Below are positions 19,183-29,507 of a stretch of 64,000 bases of DNA, in pieces; the first letter of the stretch is position 1, and the number at the start of each line of letters is the position of its first letter. The DNA lies in contig OZ271854.1 in assembly GCA_965601925.1 (NCBI GenBank), positions 64,001 through 128,000 on the forward strand, written 5' to 3'. The notes under the pieces were generated by a model. The model was not told the origin of the DNA, made no database searches, and saw only the letters and a list, made by a program, of their open reading frames with translations. This DNA is from Alkalispirochaeta sp. (GTDB taxonomy: Bacteria > Spirochaetota > Spirochaetia > DSM-27196 > Alkalispirochaetaceae). Position numbers and translations under genes: made by a program.

Positions 19183-20028
19183 ATGAAAGAGCTATCCGTA
19201 CCGATGCCGCACATACGCCCCAAAACGCTTGTGCTCTATCTGATTATCTCACTTTCGACGGCGACGATGCTTCTGCCCTTCGTGTGGATGCTCTCCTCGT
19301 CGCTCAAGGCGGAGTTCGAGGTCTTTCGGTTTCCCATTCAGTGGATACCGCGCGACTTCGTCTGGTCCAACTACGGCGACGTGTGGCGGACCATCGACTT
19401 CGGCCGCTACTACCTCAACTCGCTCCAACTGCTGGTGGCGGCCACCGCGCTCCAAGTCGCGACCAGCAGCCTCGCAGGGTACGCCTTTGCCAAGATTCCC
19501 TTTCCAGAGCGCAACGTCCTCTTCCTTGGGTATCTCGCGACCCTGATGATTCCCATTCAGGTCATCATGGTGCCGCAGTTCATGGTGATGCGGGGACTGG
19601 GACTCATCAACTCGTTGTGGGGTCTCTCACTCGTACTCGCCTTCAACCCCTTCGGCGTCTTTCTCTTCCGGCAGTTTTTCTCCGCCATTCCCAACGAACT
19701 GTCGGAATCGGCACGTCTCGACGGACTCAATGAGTTCGGTATCTATCGCAGAATCATACTGCCCCTCTCCAAACCGGCGATCGCCGCCCTCACGATCTTT
19801 ACCTCAGTCGTCGTGTGGAACGACTTCCTCGCCTCCTTGATCTATCTCAACAGTCCGGCAAAGCGCACCGTACAGCTCGGGATTCGCTCCTTCGTCAGTC
19901 AGTACTCGACGGAGTACGCCCTCATCATGGCCGCATCGGTCATGTCGTTGCTGCCCGTGGTCGCCATCTTCGTCGTCGCGCAACGTTCCTTTGTAGAGGG
20001 AGTCGCTATGTCCGGTCTTAAGGGGTAA
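19183..20028 (+). CDS. Sugar ABC permease (MalG-like)
   Basis: ELSESARLDG, WNDFL, C-terminal GLKG. Confidence 0.95.
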   Translation: MKELSVPMPHIRPKTLVLYLIISLSTATMLLPFVWMLSSSLKAEFEVFRFPIQWIPRDFVWSNYGDVWRTIDFGRYYLNSLQLLVAATALQVATSSLAGYAFAKIPFPERNVLFLGYLATLMIPIQVIMVPQFMVMRGLGLINSLWGLSLVLAFNPFGVFLFRQFFSAIPNELSESARLDGLNEFGIYRRIILPLSKPAIAALTIFTSVVVWNDFLASLIYLNSPAKRTVQLGIRSFVSQYSTEYALIMAASVMSLLPVVAIFVVAQRSFVEGVAMSGLKG

Positions 20029-20031
20029 GCC

Positions 20032-21171
20032 GTGCAGATTACCAACATAGAGCCGATTCTCGCCGACCGATATCTCTTCGTCGTCGTAGAGACCGACGAC
20101 GGTATCACCGGATACGGCGAGTGCGGTAGCTGGGCGCACCTCGCGCCCACCGCCGAGGCGGTCCGTCAAATGGCGCGCTACCTCGTGGGGCGCGATCCGC
20201 TGTGTATCGAGGATCACTGGCAGGCGATATACCGCGCGTATCACTTTCGCGGCGCGGTTATTATGGGCGCCCTCAGCGGGATCGATATCGCCCTGTGGGA
20301 CATCGCCGGCAAACACTTCGACGCGCCGATCCACCGCCTCCTCGGCGGCCCGTGCCGAAAGCGCCTGCGCGCTTACTTCCATGTGCGGGGAGAGACCGCC
20401 GAGGAGTTAGTCGTCCGCTGCAGGGAGGCGAAGGAGCTCGGCTTTACCGCAGTGGGACACCTCAACCCGTACCTCGACGAGTCGCGCGATACGACCTACT
20501 TTGAGCCCCACGCCCGGAAGCTGGGCGCCGCGGTCCGGCGCGTCGTGGCGTTCCGAGAGGCGGTGGGCGACGAGGTGGACCTCTGCATCGAGCTTCACCG
20601 GAGGCTGACCCCGGCCGAGGCGATTCCCCTGTCCCGAGAGCTCGCGCCGTTGCGTCCGATGTTTCTCGAGGATCCGATCAAGCCGGATAGTCTATCAGCG
20701 ATGATCGACGTCGCGCATCGCTCCCCCGTCCCCATCGCGACGGGAGAACGGTTGCACACGATCCATGAGTTTGCCGAGCTTCTCTCATCGGGCGGAGTCA
20801 AGTATGTCAGACCGGATCTGTGTCTCGCCGGGGGCATCACCCACGTTAAGAAGATCGCCGCCGTCGCCGAGGCGTTCGACGTAGCGGTCGTGCCCCACAA
20901 TCCTCTCGGCCCGATCAGCACCGCCGCGTGCGTCCAACTGGGCGCCGCGATCCCCAACTTTGCCCTCCAGGAGTACAACCAGTTGGAGCACGAGAGTGCC
21001 GCGGGCGCGTTGGTGACCTCCCCGGTGGAGCTGGATACGGGCTTCTTGGTGGTACCGACAGGTCCCGGGCTGGGAATCGATCTCGATGCGGCGCGTGCCC
21101 GCCGAACACCGGAAGTCGCGCAATCATTTCAACCCCGTCGCGCCCCGGACGGTTCGGTAGTGGATTATTAG
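20032..21171 (+). CDS. Mandelate racemase/enolase superfamily acid-sugar dehydratase, galactonate dehydratase-like
   Basis: SGIDIALWDIAGK, ELHRR, FLEDP, IATGER, PHNPLGP, LQE. Confidence 0.88.
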   Translation: MQITNIEPILADRYLFVVVETDDGITGYGECGSWAHLAPTAEAVRQMARYLVGRDPLCIEDHWQAIYRAYHFRGAVIMGALSGIDIALWDIAGKHFDAPIHRLLGGPCRKRLRAYFHVRGETAEELVVRCREAKELGFTAVGHLNPYLDESRDTTYFEPHARKLGAAVRRVVAFREAVGDEVDLCIELHRRLTPAEAIPLSRELAPLRPMFLEDPIKPDSLSAMIDVAHRSPVPIATGERLHTIHEFAELLSSGGVKYVRPDLCLAGGITHVKKIAAVAEAFDVAVVPHNPLGPISTAACVQLGAAIPNFALQEYNQLEHESAAGALVTSPVELDTGFLVVPTGPGLGIDLDAARARRTPEVAQSFQPRRAPDGSVVDY

Positions 21172-21174
21172 CCT

Positions 21175-22215
21175 ATGAAACCACAACGCATTCTTCTCGT
21201 CGGCGACACCAACGTGCGCGCCGCCGAACGCAACGGGATGCCCTTTGCCGATGTCGCCGACCTCTTGGACGGCGGCGACGCGATCATCGGCCACATGGAG
21301 GGGCTTGTCGGCACGGGTGAGCTCTCCTTCAAGAAGAGCTGGACCCACAGCGACGAAGCGTCCGTGGCGGCGTACGCCGACGCGGGCTTCTCCGCCCTAT
21401 GCTGCGCAAGCAACGTGTCCTACGGTACCGACGCGGTGCGCACCACCGTCGAGGTGCTGGAGCGTCATCGCCTCTCTTTTGCCGGTATCGGACTCGACCG
21501 CGAGGAGGCGCACCGTCCCGCGCTAATCGAGGCGTTGGGAATGCGGACGGCGCTGTTCAGTCGTACCTCGGTCTTTCAACCGGTGGGCCACGCCGCGACC
21601 GATGATGGGCCGGGAACGGCGACGATGCCGGCGTACACCGCCTACCGACCTCCCCCACGCGCCCTGGAGATGCCCGGCGCGTCACCGATCGTACTCACAT
21701 GGCCCGATGAGGAGGCGCTTGCCGAGCTGTGCGCGCGGATCGCCGCGGCTAGGCGGAAGGCCGACCTCGTCATCGCCTCTTTTCATTGGGGCGTCTCCGA
21801 CAGCCGACACGTTCACGACTACCAGCGTACGATCGCGAGACGGGTAATAGAAAGCGGGGCGGACGTTGTGTTCGGACACCATCCCCACGTCGTACAGCCG
21901 GTGGAGGTGTGGCGGGGGAGACCCATCTTCTATAGCCTCGGGAACTTCGCCTTCGACTGGGAGCGCATGGCGGCGCGCCACCGCACCGGAATGGTCGTCG
22001 AGTTGGAGGTACGCACCGCCGGGGGCGACGTACACCTCGACGCCGTGCGCCTGGTCCCGGTTTGCCGGAACGATCAAAACCAGATCGTCGCCGTCTCGAT
22101 CGACGACCCCGCCGTGGCGGACGACGTGAAGATCGTCACCCAACGACAGGATGATGGGATCGCTGCCGAAGGCGCCGAGACGCGGCGCCATCTGACCCTT
22201 TCGATGGACTGCTGA
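21175..22215 (+). CDS. CapA/PGA_cap family metallophosphoesterase-like protein
   Basis: VGD, HMEG, SFHWG, GHHPHV, YSLGNF. Confidence 0.85.
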   Translation: MKPQRILLVGDTNVRAAERNGMPFADVADLLDGGDAIIGHMEGLVGTGELSFKKSWTHSDEASVAAYADAGFSALCCASNVSYGTDAVRTTVEVLERHRLSFAGIGLDREEAHRPALIEALGMRTALFSRTSVFQPVGHAATDDGPGTATMPAYTAYRPPPRALEMPGASPIVLTWPDEEALAELCARIAAARRKADLVIASFHWGVSDSRHVHDYQRTIARRVIESGADVVFGHHPHVVQPVEVWRGRPIFYSLGNFAFDWERMAARHRTGMVVELEVRTAGGDVHLDAVRLVPVCRNDQNQIVAVSIDDPAVADDVKIVTQRQDDGIAAEGAETRRHLTLSMDC

Positions 22216-22440
22216 CGACCAGACCCGACCCGTCCGACGGAGGACGGTGGGATAGCCCTGCTCGGCGTATCGCCCCGCAGGGCCTACTGTTCGCCGCTCG
22301 AGATACCGCTCTTCGGCTCCCGTTACGCGAGTGCGAGGGCGCGCCTGCACGCGGCTCTTCAACCGCCTTGAACCATCGGGTCTGGACGAACAACGAGAAC
22401 GGACGGACGTTCGCCGATTCTGATTCACGACACAGTTAAT

Positions 22441-22502
22441 AAGGTACTTGACGTTACCTTTAAGCTCCAATATACTGCTTAAGGTACTTTTCAGTACCTT
22501 AA
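22441..22502 (+). promoter_or_regulatory. Near-consensus promoter flanked by two palindromic operators
   Basis: TTGACG (22448-22453), 17 bp, TATACT (22471-22476). Operators AAGGTAC-N6-TTACCTT (22441-22460) and TTAAGGTACT-N4-AGTACCTTAA (22479-22502). Confidence 0.85.
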
Positions 22503-22523
22503 CATCGCACGGGGAGCGTTTCG

Positions 22524-23717
22524 ATGACGGAACAAGGTAAGCTAAAGGGTTTCAGCGGCCTCTCGATGCTGGTGCTTGCCGGAGTCTTTACCGGTTTGAG
22601 CGCGTCACTCGTCGATATCGCCGCGTACTTCGAAATCCCGGCCACTCGGGCGGGGATTCTCTATACGTACCATTTCGTAGGCTTTTTCGGTTTTATCGTG
22701 CTGTCACTACCGGTGTGGAGTGTGCGTCTCCGCCTACGACTGGTGACGTGGACGGCGACGTTCTATGCCATCGCTTTGGCACTTGTCGCCCTCGCACCGA
22801 GCTACACCGTTTTCGCTATTGTACTGATCGTCGTCGGCGGGTGCGGCGGCGTGTTGGAAAGTCATACGGCGACTCTGCAAGTACGCTTGGCCGACAGCCA
22901 AGCCGAAGCCGGGGCGGCGGTCAACACGACACAGGTATTCTTTGCGCTGGGCGCCCTCTGCGCACCCCTGTATATGGCGGCCCGCACCGATTCCGGCGAT
23001 TGGTGGAGATTGCTCTTTGCGACAATGGCCGGCTTTGCGGCGCTCGCAGCGGCGGTTGGTGCGACCTTTCGCGGCGAGCGTTTTCCATCGGTGCGCCGGA
23101 CCACTACGACGGCCTCTCCGACAAAGCCCGGCACGTTGCCGGCGATCTCGATTGCGATGGCTTCATACGTGGGGGCCGAGGTGATTGTGTTCGGCTGGAC
23201 GCCGGCGGTGATGGAGCTGTTTCACGGTATTCCGGCACCGCGCGCACGTTTTGCACCCAGCGTGTTTTGGATCGGTATGTTCATCGGCCGAGTCGTCGTC
23301 GCGCGACTGACGCGTCGCGTATCGCTCCGGGCACTTCTGAACGGTGCGACAACGATTGCGATAGCAGGGGTCGCGCTGCTGGTGCTCGCAAACGGCGAGA
23401 TCGGCCTTTGGCTCGCGACCGGGGTCTGCGCCGTCGCCTTCGCCGGCATCTGGCCGTTGATCGTCACCGTCACGGGCCGGAGGAATCACGAAACGGCGAC
23501 CGGGATCGTCGTGGCCGCCGGAGGTGCCGGGGGTGCAATCTTTCCGTACCTCGCCGGCAGAAGCGCCGAGGTCCTTTCCGGACACCTCATACCGGCGACG
23601 GCGATACCGCTGTTTGCCGTGGTACTGTTCGTCACGGTGCGATTGGGAGTCGGCGATTCGGATATGGGCGCATCCGATGGAGAAAATGAATGCCGTACTA
23701 CGGTGCAACGTCCGTGA
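22524..23717 (+). CDS. MFS transporter (FucP/TsgA-like)
   Basis: About 12 TM helices; YVGAE, FWIGMFIGR, GGAIFP. Confidence 0.85.
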   Translation: MTEQGKLKGFSGLSMLVLAGVFTGLSASLVDIAAYFEIPATRAGILYTYHFVGFFGFIVLSLPVWSVRLRLRLVTWTATFYAIALALVALAPSYTVFAIVLIVVGGCGGVLESHTATLQVRLADSQAEAGAAVNTTQVFFALGALCAPLYMAARTDSGDWWRLLFATMAGFAALAAAVGATFRGERFPSVRRTTTTASPTKPGTLPAISIAMASYVGAEVIVFGWTPAVMELFHGIPAPRARFAPSVFWIGMFIGRVVVARLTRRVSLRALLNGATTIAIAGVALLVLANGEIGLWLATGVCAVAFAGIWPLIVTVTGRRNHETATGIVVAAGGAGGAIFPYLAGRSAEVLSGHLIPATAIPLFAVVLFVTVRLGVGDSDMGASDGENECRTTVQRP

Positions 23718-23864
23718 CCTCGATCGAACATTACTTGACGATATGGAGTGACGGGAGTCGGCACATGCAAAGATACAACGTCGTCACATTCGCCTCACCC
23801 GATATCAAGGTAATGAAAAATACCATGATCCGAACAAACCGCGAGTAAAGTAAAGGAGATACCC

Positions 23865-26354
23865 ATGCACGACCTGACCAAACGATTACCGCTCAACACA
23901 GCGGAACCCGCCACTCCCTTCGGCCATTGGGACGAGGAGGAGGGGCTCGACTGCTTCGTCTACACCGCCGACCACCGAACGCTCGATGCGGCGCTCTGGG
24001 ATCCCGTAAATCTGCCCAAAACACGACGCCACGAAGTAGGAATCGGTAACGAACGTCTGCAGATGTTCTGCGACAACACCGGCGGAGTCGCGCTCTGGGA
24101 CGAGGGCGAGGTCCACCGATGGCTCACCGCACCGGCTCCCCACGGCACGGGCGGCACGGTAGTGACTCACAACGACACCCCGATGGGCACGCTCGAGGCG
24201 GATTGGCCGGAGGGAGTCGTGCCCGAACGCATATTCGGTCCGAATACCTTTCGCGTCCGCTTCTCCAAAAATGGAGTATCGATTGAGCGCGCCGTAATGG
24301 TGCCGCACGGGGATACTCCTTGGGTGCTGGTCAGGGTGACCGTCCGCAACGACGGTGCCGCTCCCGCCGAGATGACGCTACGCGAGAGTTGGCGCGTGTC
24401 GCCTCGGCTCACGCCCGCGTTGACTCCCCACGACCTCACCGTGGCGGCCGCACAGTCACTACTGCGATTCTCCGTCGAGGAAACGTCGCGGAGCCTGCGG
24501 GCTACGCAAGACCTGCCGTCCCAAGAGGAGATCGAGGCATTCGTCCGGGAGATAGCCGAGACGGCGCGCGAGATCGATATGGAGAGTGTAACGCCGGAGA
24601 GCCTCCGGGCGCATATGACGGAGCACCCTCCCCTCTACGGCGACCGTATGGTTTTGACTCTGGAACCGCTTTCGGAGGGATATATCCTCTCCTCGGACGG
24701 AGCGGCGCATCCGACGCTCTCCGCCGAAGGAGAGCTTACGCTGGCACCCGGCGAGGAGCGCACGGTCTGGTTTCGTTTCGGCGTTCCGGACGGGGAGACG
24801 CCGACCGATCCCGGACGGCTGTGGAGGGAGAGCATCGAGGCTCTGCAAGCGCGATTGCCGCGGGTGACACTACCCGGTGGTGAGGTGCTGTCGCGGGAGC
24901 TCCGTTGGCACGCGGCACTCTTGACGGGGCAGGCGAGCGTCGCACGAGCCGGAGGGATGCCGGGACACTTTCTTTCGCAAGGCAGTCTCTATCGCGCCTT
25001 CGGCGGGGTCAATGCCATGAACGACACGACGCAGTTCGGCCTGCCGCTTATCTACACTCAGCCTACGTTGGCGCGCTCAATTCTGCTCAATACCCTGGCC
25101 TGGGCCGATCCGTCCGGGCGGATCTGGTACGGCATCTCGGCGGACGGCGCACTCTGGGACGGTCCGACGGAGTTCATGCACGCGGAGGAGATCGTGCTCA
25201 CCGACACGGCGCTGTGGCTTTTCTGGTACGTCTCCGAGTACGCGATCGCGACCGGCGACTGGGCCGTCTTTGAGGAGGTGGTGCCGTACCATCGATCCCT
25301 GAACGCGGAACCGGCGCCCGTCCGAGAGCACCTTCGGCGGATATGGGGCTATTGGCGCGACACGATCGGCATCGGACCGGGCGGCAACGTGCGCTTGCGC
25401 TCCGGAGACTGGAACGACGTCATCCTGCGCCTCCTGGACTTTCCGCCCGAGCGGGTGTTCGAAGAGGGCGAGTCGGTCTATTCCTCGGCTCTGGCGGCTT
25501 GGACGCTACCGGTCTTTGCCGGTGTACTCGAGCGGATCGGCGAAACGGCCCTCGCCGCACGGATGCGCGGGACGGCCGACGAGCTGCTCACGGCGGTTCG
25601 CAACGCGTGGAACGGCACGTGGTTCCGACGCGCCTACGGACCGGAAGGGGCGGTGATCGGAGACAAGGCGATCTGGCTGGAGGTACAGGTCTGGGCCTTG
25701 ATGGCCGGTGCGGCCACCGACGAGCAGGCGCGCATCCTCATCGACACCATCAAGGAGCACTGTATGGCCGGCGCGCCGTTAGGCCCGCGCGTCCGCGTCG
25801 CACTGCACGGCGAGGACGACAACGGCGGGTTTCGGCCCGGAACGGGTCTCGCGGGCGGTACCTGGAATAGCGTGAACGGCATACTCCTGTGGGCCGTCCG
25901 CGATCGCGACCCGGAGCTGGCGTGGGAGCTCTGGCAACAACTTTCGCTCGCCAATCACATTGCGCACTACCCCGACCAGTGGTCCGGGACGCTGTCGGCG
26001 ACGGACTCCTACAACAGTCCGGAGAGCTACAATCCCGGCGGTGCGTACGTCATCGACGGTACGACATTCTCGGCGCAGACGTATCCCGTCAACAATGCGC
26101 ACGCGCACACCCATCTTCTTCTGGGACTGATCAGGCTGCTCGGCATCGAGCCCGGAACCGAGGGCCAACTGAAAGTCCGGGGCATCGAAGGTGTGAGCTG
26201 GCGGAGCCGCGGGCTGGAAATGCGACCCGACGGATCGGGAGCGGTAAAAGCCGTCGGACCGGTCGCGGTCGAGCTGCCGAACGGTCGAAGAATGTCGGGT
26301 GACGGGACGGTCACGTGGAACGCCGGAGAGACGGCCGATAGGGAGACATCGTGA
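23865..26354 (+). CDS. GH94-like (alpha/alpha)6 glycoside phosphorylase or hydrolase, divergent
   Basis: GDWND catalytic motif, GES, AWNGTWFRRAY, IWLEVQVWA. N-terminal IGNERL...GG. No signal peptide. Confidence 0.7.
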   Translation: MHDLTKRLPLNTAEPATPFGHWDEEEGLDCFVYTADHRTLDAALWDPVNLPKTRRHEVGIGNERLQMFCDNTGGVALWDEGEVHRWLTAPAPHGTGGTVVTHNDTPMGTLEADWPEGVVPERIFGPNTFRVRFSKNGVSIERAVMVPHGDTPWVLVRVTVRNDGAAPAEMTLRESWRVSPRLTPALTPHDLTVAAAQSLLRFSVEETSRSLRATQDLPSQEEIEAFVREIAETAREIDMESVTPESLRAHMTEHPPLYGDRMVLTLEPLSEGYILSSDGAAHPTLSAEGELTLAPGEERTVWFRFGVPDGETPTDPGRLWRESIEALQARLPRVTLPGGEVLSRELRWHAALLTGQASVARAGGMPGHFLSQGSLYRAFGGVNAMNDTTQFGLPLIYTQPTLARSILLNTLAWADPSGRIWYGISADGALWDGPTEFMHAEEIVLTDTALWLFWYVSEYAIATGDWAVFEEVVPYHRSLNAEPAPVREHLRRIWGYWRDTIGIGPGGNVRLRSGDWNDVILRLLDFPPERVFEEGESVYSSALAAWTLPVFAGVLERIGETALAARMRGTADELLTAVRNAWNGTWFRRAYGPEGAVIGDKAIWLEVQVWALMAGAATDEQARILIDTIKEHCMAGAPLGPRVRVALHGEDDNGGFRPGTGLAGGTWNSVNGILLWAVRDRDPELAWELWQQLSLANHIAHYPDQWSGTLSATDSYNSPESYNPGGAYVIDGTTFSAQTYPVNNAHAHTHLLLGLIRLLGIEPGTEGQLKVRGIEGVSWRSRGLEMRPDGSGAVKAVGPVAVELPNGRRMSGDGTVTWNAGETADRETS

Positions 26355-26533
26355 ACGTACGGGCGTGCCGATCGTTCCGGGACGAGAGTCGAACCGCCTG
26401 CCTTCGACGCCCGTCGAGTCTACGGCGGACGGACCAAATCGCGACTTCCTGAGGTGCCGGCGGCGGCTCGATGTGTGCGGTGCGCCTATCGACGCCGGTG
26501 CCGCACCGACGCCGCGCATTCGATTGCGGCTCA

Positions 26534-27196
26534 TCACGTAGGTGTTGGAGCTTCTCCAGGGGCGCGCAACCCATGCAGGGCGATGTCGACGGAGATGTGC
26601 ACAACCCGCGCAATCTCCTCGGCCGTCGGTGTTATCGTATCGACCAGGACTTCAATAGGCGGCACATTGGCGCCTATCATCTCCACCACTGTTCTCGCCG
26701 TCACCGCATAGTCGGTGACGTGTATCAGCCCCCGCTCCGACCATACGCGCAAAGCAGCCTCCATCTGCCGATACGCGACGACCGGTCCGCCGTCGTAGAA
26801 GACGCGCCCCAACGCCGGAAAGCGCATACTCTCACCGATTACAACGCGGTAGAGGGAGACGACTCTCTTCGAGGTAAGGGTGCTGACATAACGCTCGCCG
26901 AATCGCTGCAACGCTCCCCGTACGTCGTCGGTGTCGGTCTCCAGGACGATCGAGTTATGCGAGAGGTCGCTACCGACGTAGGCGATGACGGCGCCGAAGA
27001 GCGCCTCCTTGCTTCCGAACCACTTGTAGATGTCGCGCCGCGATCCACCGGATCGCGATATGATCTCCTCGACCGATGCCTTCTCGTATCCCTTCTCCAA
27101 AAACACTTCGGTCGCCGCCTCTAACATAGCTCGACGCCGCTCGACGCCGGGACGGCGGGTAGGATCACTCTGCGTAGGGGACGTTTCCATTACCAC
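26534..27196 (-). CDS. TetR/AcrR family regulator
   Basis: AATEVFLEKGYEKASVEEI...IYKWFGSKEALF. C-terminal ESMRFPALGRVFY. Confidence 0.93.
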   Translation of the reverse strand: MVMETSPTQSDPTRRPGVERRRAMLEAATEVFLEKGYEKASVEEIISRSGGSRRDIYKWFGSKEALFGAVIAYVGSDLSHNSIVLETDTDDVRGALQRFGERYVSTLTSKRVVSLYRVVIGESMRFPALGRVFYDGGPVVAYRQMEAALRVWSERGLIHVTDYAVTARTVVEMIGANVPPIEVLVDTITPTAEEIARVVHISVDIALHGLRAPGEAPTPT

Positions 27197-27659
27197 GCAC
27201 CAACGCAGGCGACAGCGAAAGTAAAGGGTGTGTCGTATCGCGATCGATACACATGATATTCAGCCACGGCACCCTCCCGGACAAGATGGAAGCGATCGTT
27301 TACGATATCGAAGGTGCCACCTCTTGAATAGTACACTACGTCGTAGGTCACGCATGGCCGGGGCCCCGGCTCGATTACATCCGTTGATCGGTGCGGTTCA
27401 GCTGACGCCAAACTTCTACCGATACCGGAGTGCACCCGCGTCATTGTCGGTCGTCACCGCCGCGGTCGTGGTGACATTCGGAGAAATCGAAACGTCGCCG
27501 GAGAAACGAGGGAATACACGGTCTCAATATTGAAAACTGGGCGAAATAGCGGTGCAGCGATGCGTTTCGCGATCGAAAACAGACGCATCGGCGTCGTAGC
27601 ACACCGGACACCACGCACGGATCGAGGAGTGCTCCTCTCTCCTCGATCCCTACGCGCCG

Positions 27660-28532
27660 TCACCCCTTCACCGAGCCCGACATCAACCCACGGACGAAGT
27701 ACCGTCCCGAGACCAGATAGATCACCAACGTCGGAAAGGCCGCCATGAGCGCCCCGGCGAAGTGCACGTTGTACTCCCTCACGCCGGTGGACGAGCTCAC
27801 GAGATTGTTGAGTGCCACCTGCATCGGTTGCGAAGTTGCGTCGCCGAAGGAGGCGCCGAAGAGAAAGTCGTTCCAGATGTTGGTCGTTTGCCAGATGACC
27901 GACACCATGATCACCGGCGCGGAATTGGGAAGGATAATCTCCATGAAAATTCGTCCGAAGTGCGCCCCGTCCACCTGGGCCGACTGAATGAGCTCGTGAG
28001 GCATACTCGCGTAGCTGTTGCGAAAAAAAAGCGTCGTAAAGGCGACGCCGTACACGGTATGGACCAACACCAACCCGGTCGTCGTCCCCGCCAGTCCGAG
28101 GATCCCCAGGATGCGTGCCATGGGTATCAAGACGGTCTGAAAGGGGATAAAGGCGCCGAAGAGGATCAAGGCGAAGAGCGCGCGGCTGTTACGGATCGGC
28201 CACTGGGCGAGGACGAAGCCTGCCAATGCGCCGAGGGTCGTCGAGAGTAACACCGCCGGAATGACCATCTGCACCGAATTGAGAAAGTAGGGCCGCAGTC
28301 CCGTCGCCTGAACGCCGATCTGTGTGGAGGCCCACGCCTGGGCCCAATAGTCGAGGGAGAACTCAGCCGGGAGCGCCAACATGTTGCCGGTGCGGATCTC
28401 GGCAAGGGGTTTGACCGAGTTGACCACCATCACATAGAGGGGGACCAAAAAGTAGATCGCAAAGATCACCATGAGTACGACGATCGCCGCCTTGGCGACC
28501 TTCGACATGCGTATCGTTCCACCGATCGTCAT
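27660..28532 (-). CDS. Sugar ABC permease (glucose/mannose-type)
   Basis: ELIQSAQVDGA, WNDFLFG, C-terminal GSVKG. Confidence 0.94.
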   Translation of the reverse strand: MTIGGTIRMSKVAKAAIVVLMVIFAIYFLVPLYVMVVNSVKPLAEIRTGNMLALPAEFSLDYWAQAWASTQIGVQATGLRPYFLNSVQMVIPAVLLSTTLGALAGFVLAQWPIRNSRALFALILFGAFIPFQTVLIPMARILGILGLAGTTTGLVLVHTVYGVAFTTLFFRNSYASMPHELIQSAQVDGAHFGRIFMEIILPNSAPVIMVSVIWQTTNIWNDFLFGASFGDATSQPMQVALNNLVSSSTGVREYNVHFAGALMAAFPTLVIYLVSGRYFVRGLMSGSVKG

Positions 28533-28533
28533 T

Positions 28534-29406
28534 CTAGATCTCCTTCACCTGTGAGCGGATGTAGGGCACGATGATGGCGGCGATCATGACGAGCATGAAG
28601 ACCGCCGAGGCGGCGCCGACCCCCATTTGGTTGCGCGTAAAGGTGTAGGAGTACATGAACGTTGAGGGGAGCTCCGTCGCGCGTCCCGGCCCTCCCCCGG
28701 TCAGTGCCACAACGAGGTCGTAGGATTTGATCGCCATGTGCCCCAGGATGACGAAGACCGAGAGAAACGACCCCGAGAGCTGCGGAACGACGACCCGCGT
28801 ATAGAGCTGCCATATCCCGGCGCCGTCGACCACTGCCGACTCGATCGTCCCGTGGTCGATCGCCCGCAGCCCGGAGAGAAAGATCACCATTACGAAGCCG
28901 CTCACCTGCCAGACCGCGGCGATAACGACGGTGTAGATGGCGTACTCGTTACTTTTGATCCAGTTGAAGGTGAAGTTTGAGAACCCCCACAGGCGCATGA
29001 TGTGCTCCAACCCGATACCGGGGTCGAGAAACCACTTCCACGCGGTACCGGTGACGATGAACGAGATCGCCATGGGATAGAGAAAGATCGGACGAAAGAG
29101 CGTCTCTCCCAAGCGGTTGAGATCGATGAGGATCGCGAGGAAGAGTCCAAGAAGCGTACTGATACCGATGTACAGCACGAAAAATATGCCCATATTCCTG
29201 AGGGCGAGATACCAGTTGTCCAATTGAAAGAGGCGGACGTAGTTCCGCCCACCGACCCAATTGAAACGGGGGAGAATCGTCGAGCCGGTGAATGAAAGAT
29301 AGATCGTAAAGAGAATGAATCCGTATACAAACACGAGAGTGACGATAAGGGCGGGAAAGAGTACGAATCGTGCCGTCAGATCGTCTGAGGAAAGTCGAAG
29401 GCTCAT
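28534..29406 (-). CDS. Sugar ABC permease (glucose/mannose-type)
   Basis: LYPMAISFIVTG, ESAVVDGA, LTGGGPG. Confidence 0.94.
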   Translation of the reverse strand: MSLRLSSDDLTARFVLFPALIVTLVFVYGFILFTIYLSFTGSTILPRFNWVGGRNYVRLFQLDNWYLALRNMGIFFVLYIGISTLLGLFLAILIDLNRLGETLFRPIFLYPMAISFIVTGTAWKWFLDPGIGLEHIMRLWGFSNFTFNWIKSNEYAIYTVVIAAVWQVSGFVMVIFLSGLRAIDHGTIESAVVDGAGIWQLYTRVVVPQLSGSFLSVFVILGHMAIKSYDLVVALTGGGPGRATELPSTFMYSYTFTRNQMGVGAASAVFMLVMIAAIIVPYIRSQVKEI

Positions 29407-29472
29407 GGTCGGTTTCCTTCCAGGGTTTTCGATAGAGCGACGCGCCGCCGCCGGTAGGCGCGGCGCAAGGGA

Positions 29473-29499
29473 GAGAAGCCTCCCGGGAGGAGGCTTCTC
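29473..29499 (-). terminator. Stem-loop downstream of the SBP gene
   Basis: GAGAAGCCTCC-N5-GGAGGCTTCTC, perfect 11-bp stem. Confidence 0.65.
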
Positions 29500-29507
29500 C
29501 GTACGGG

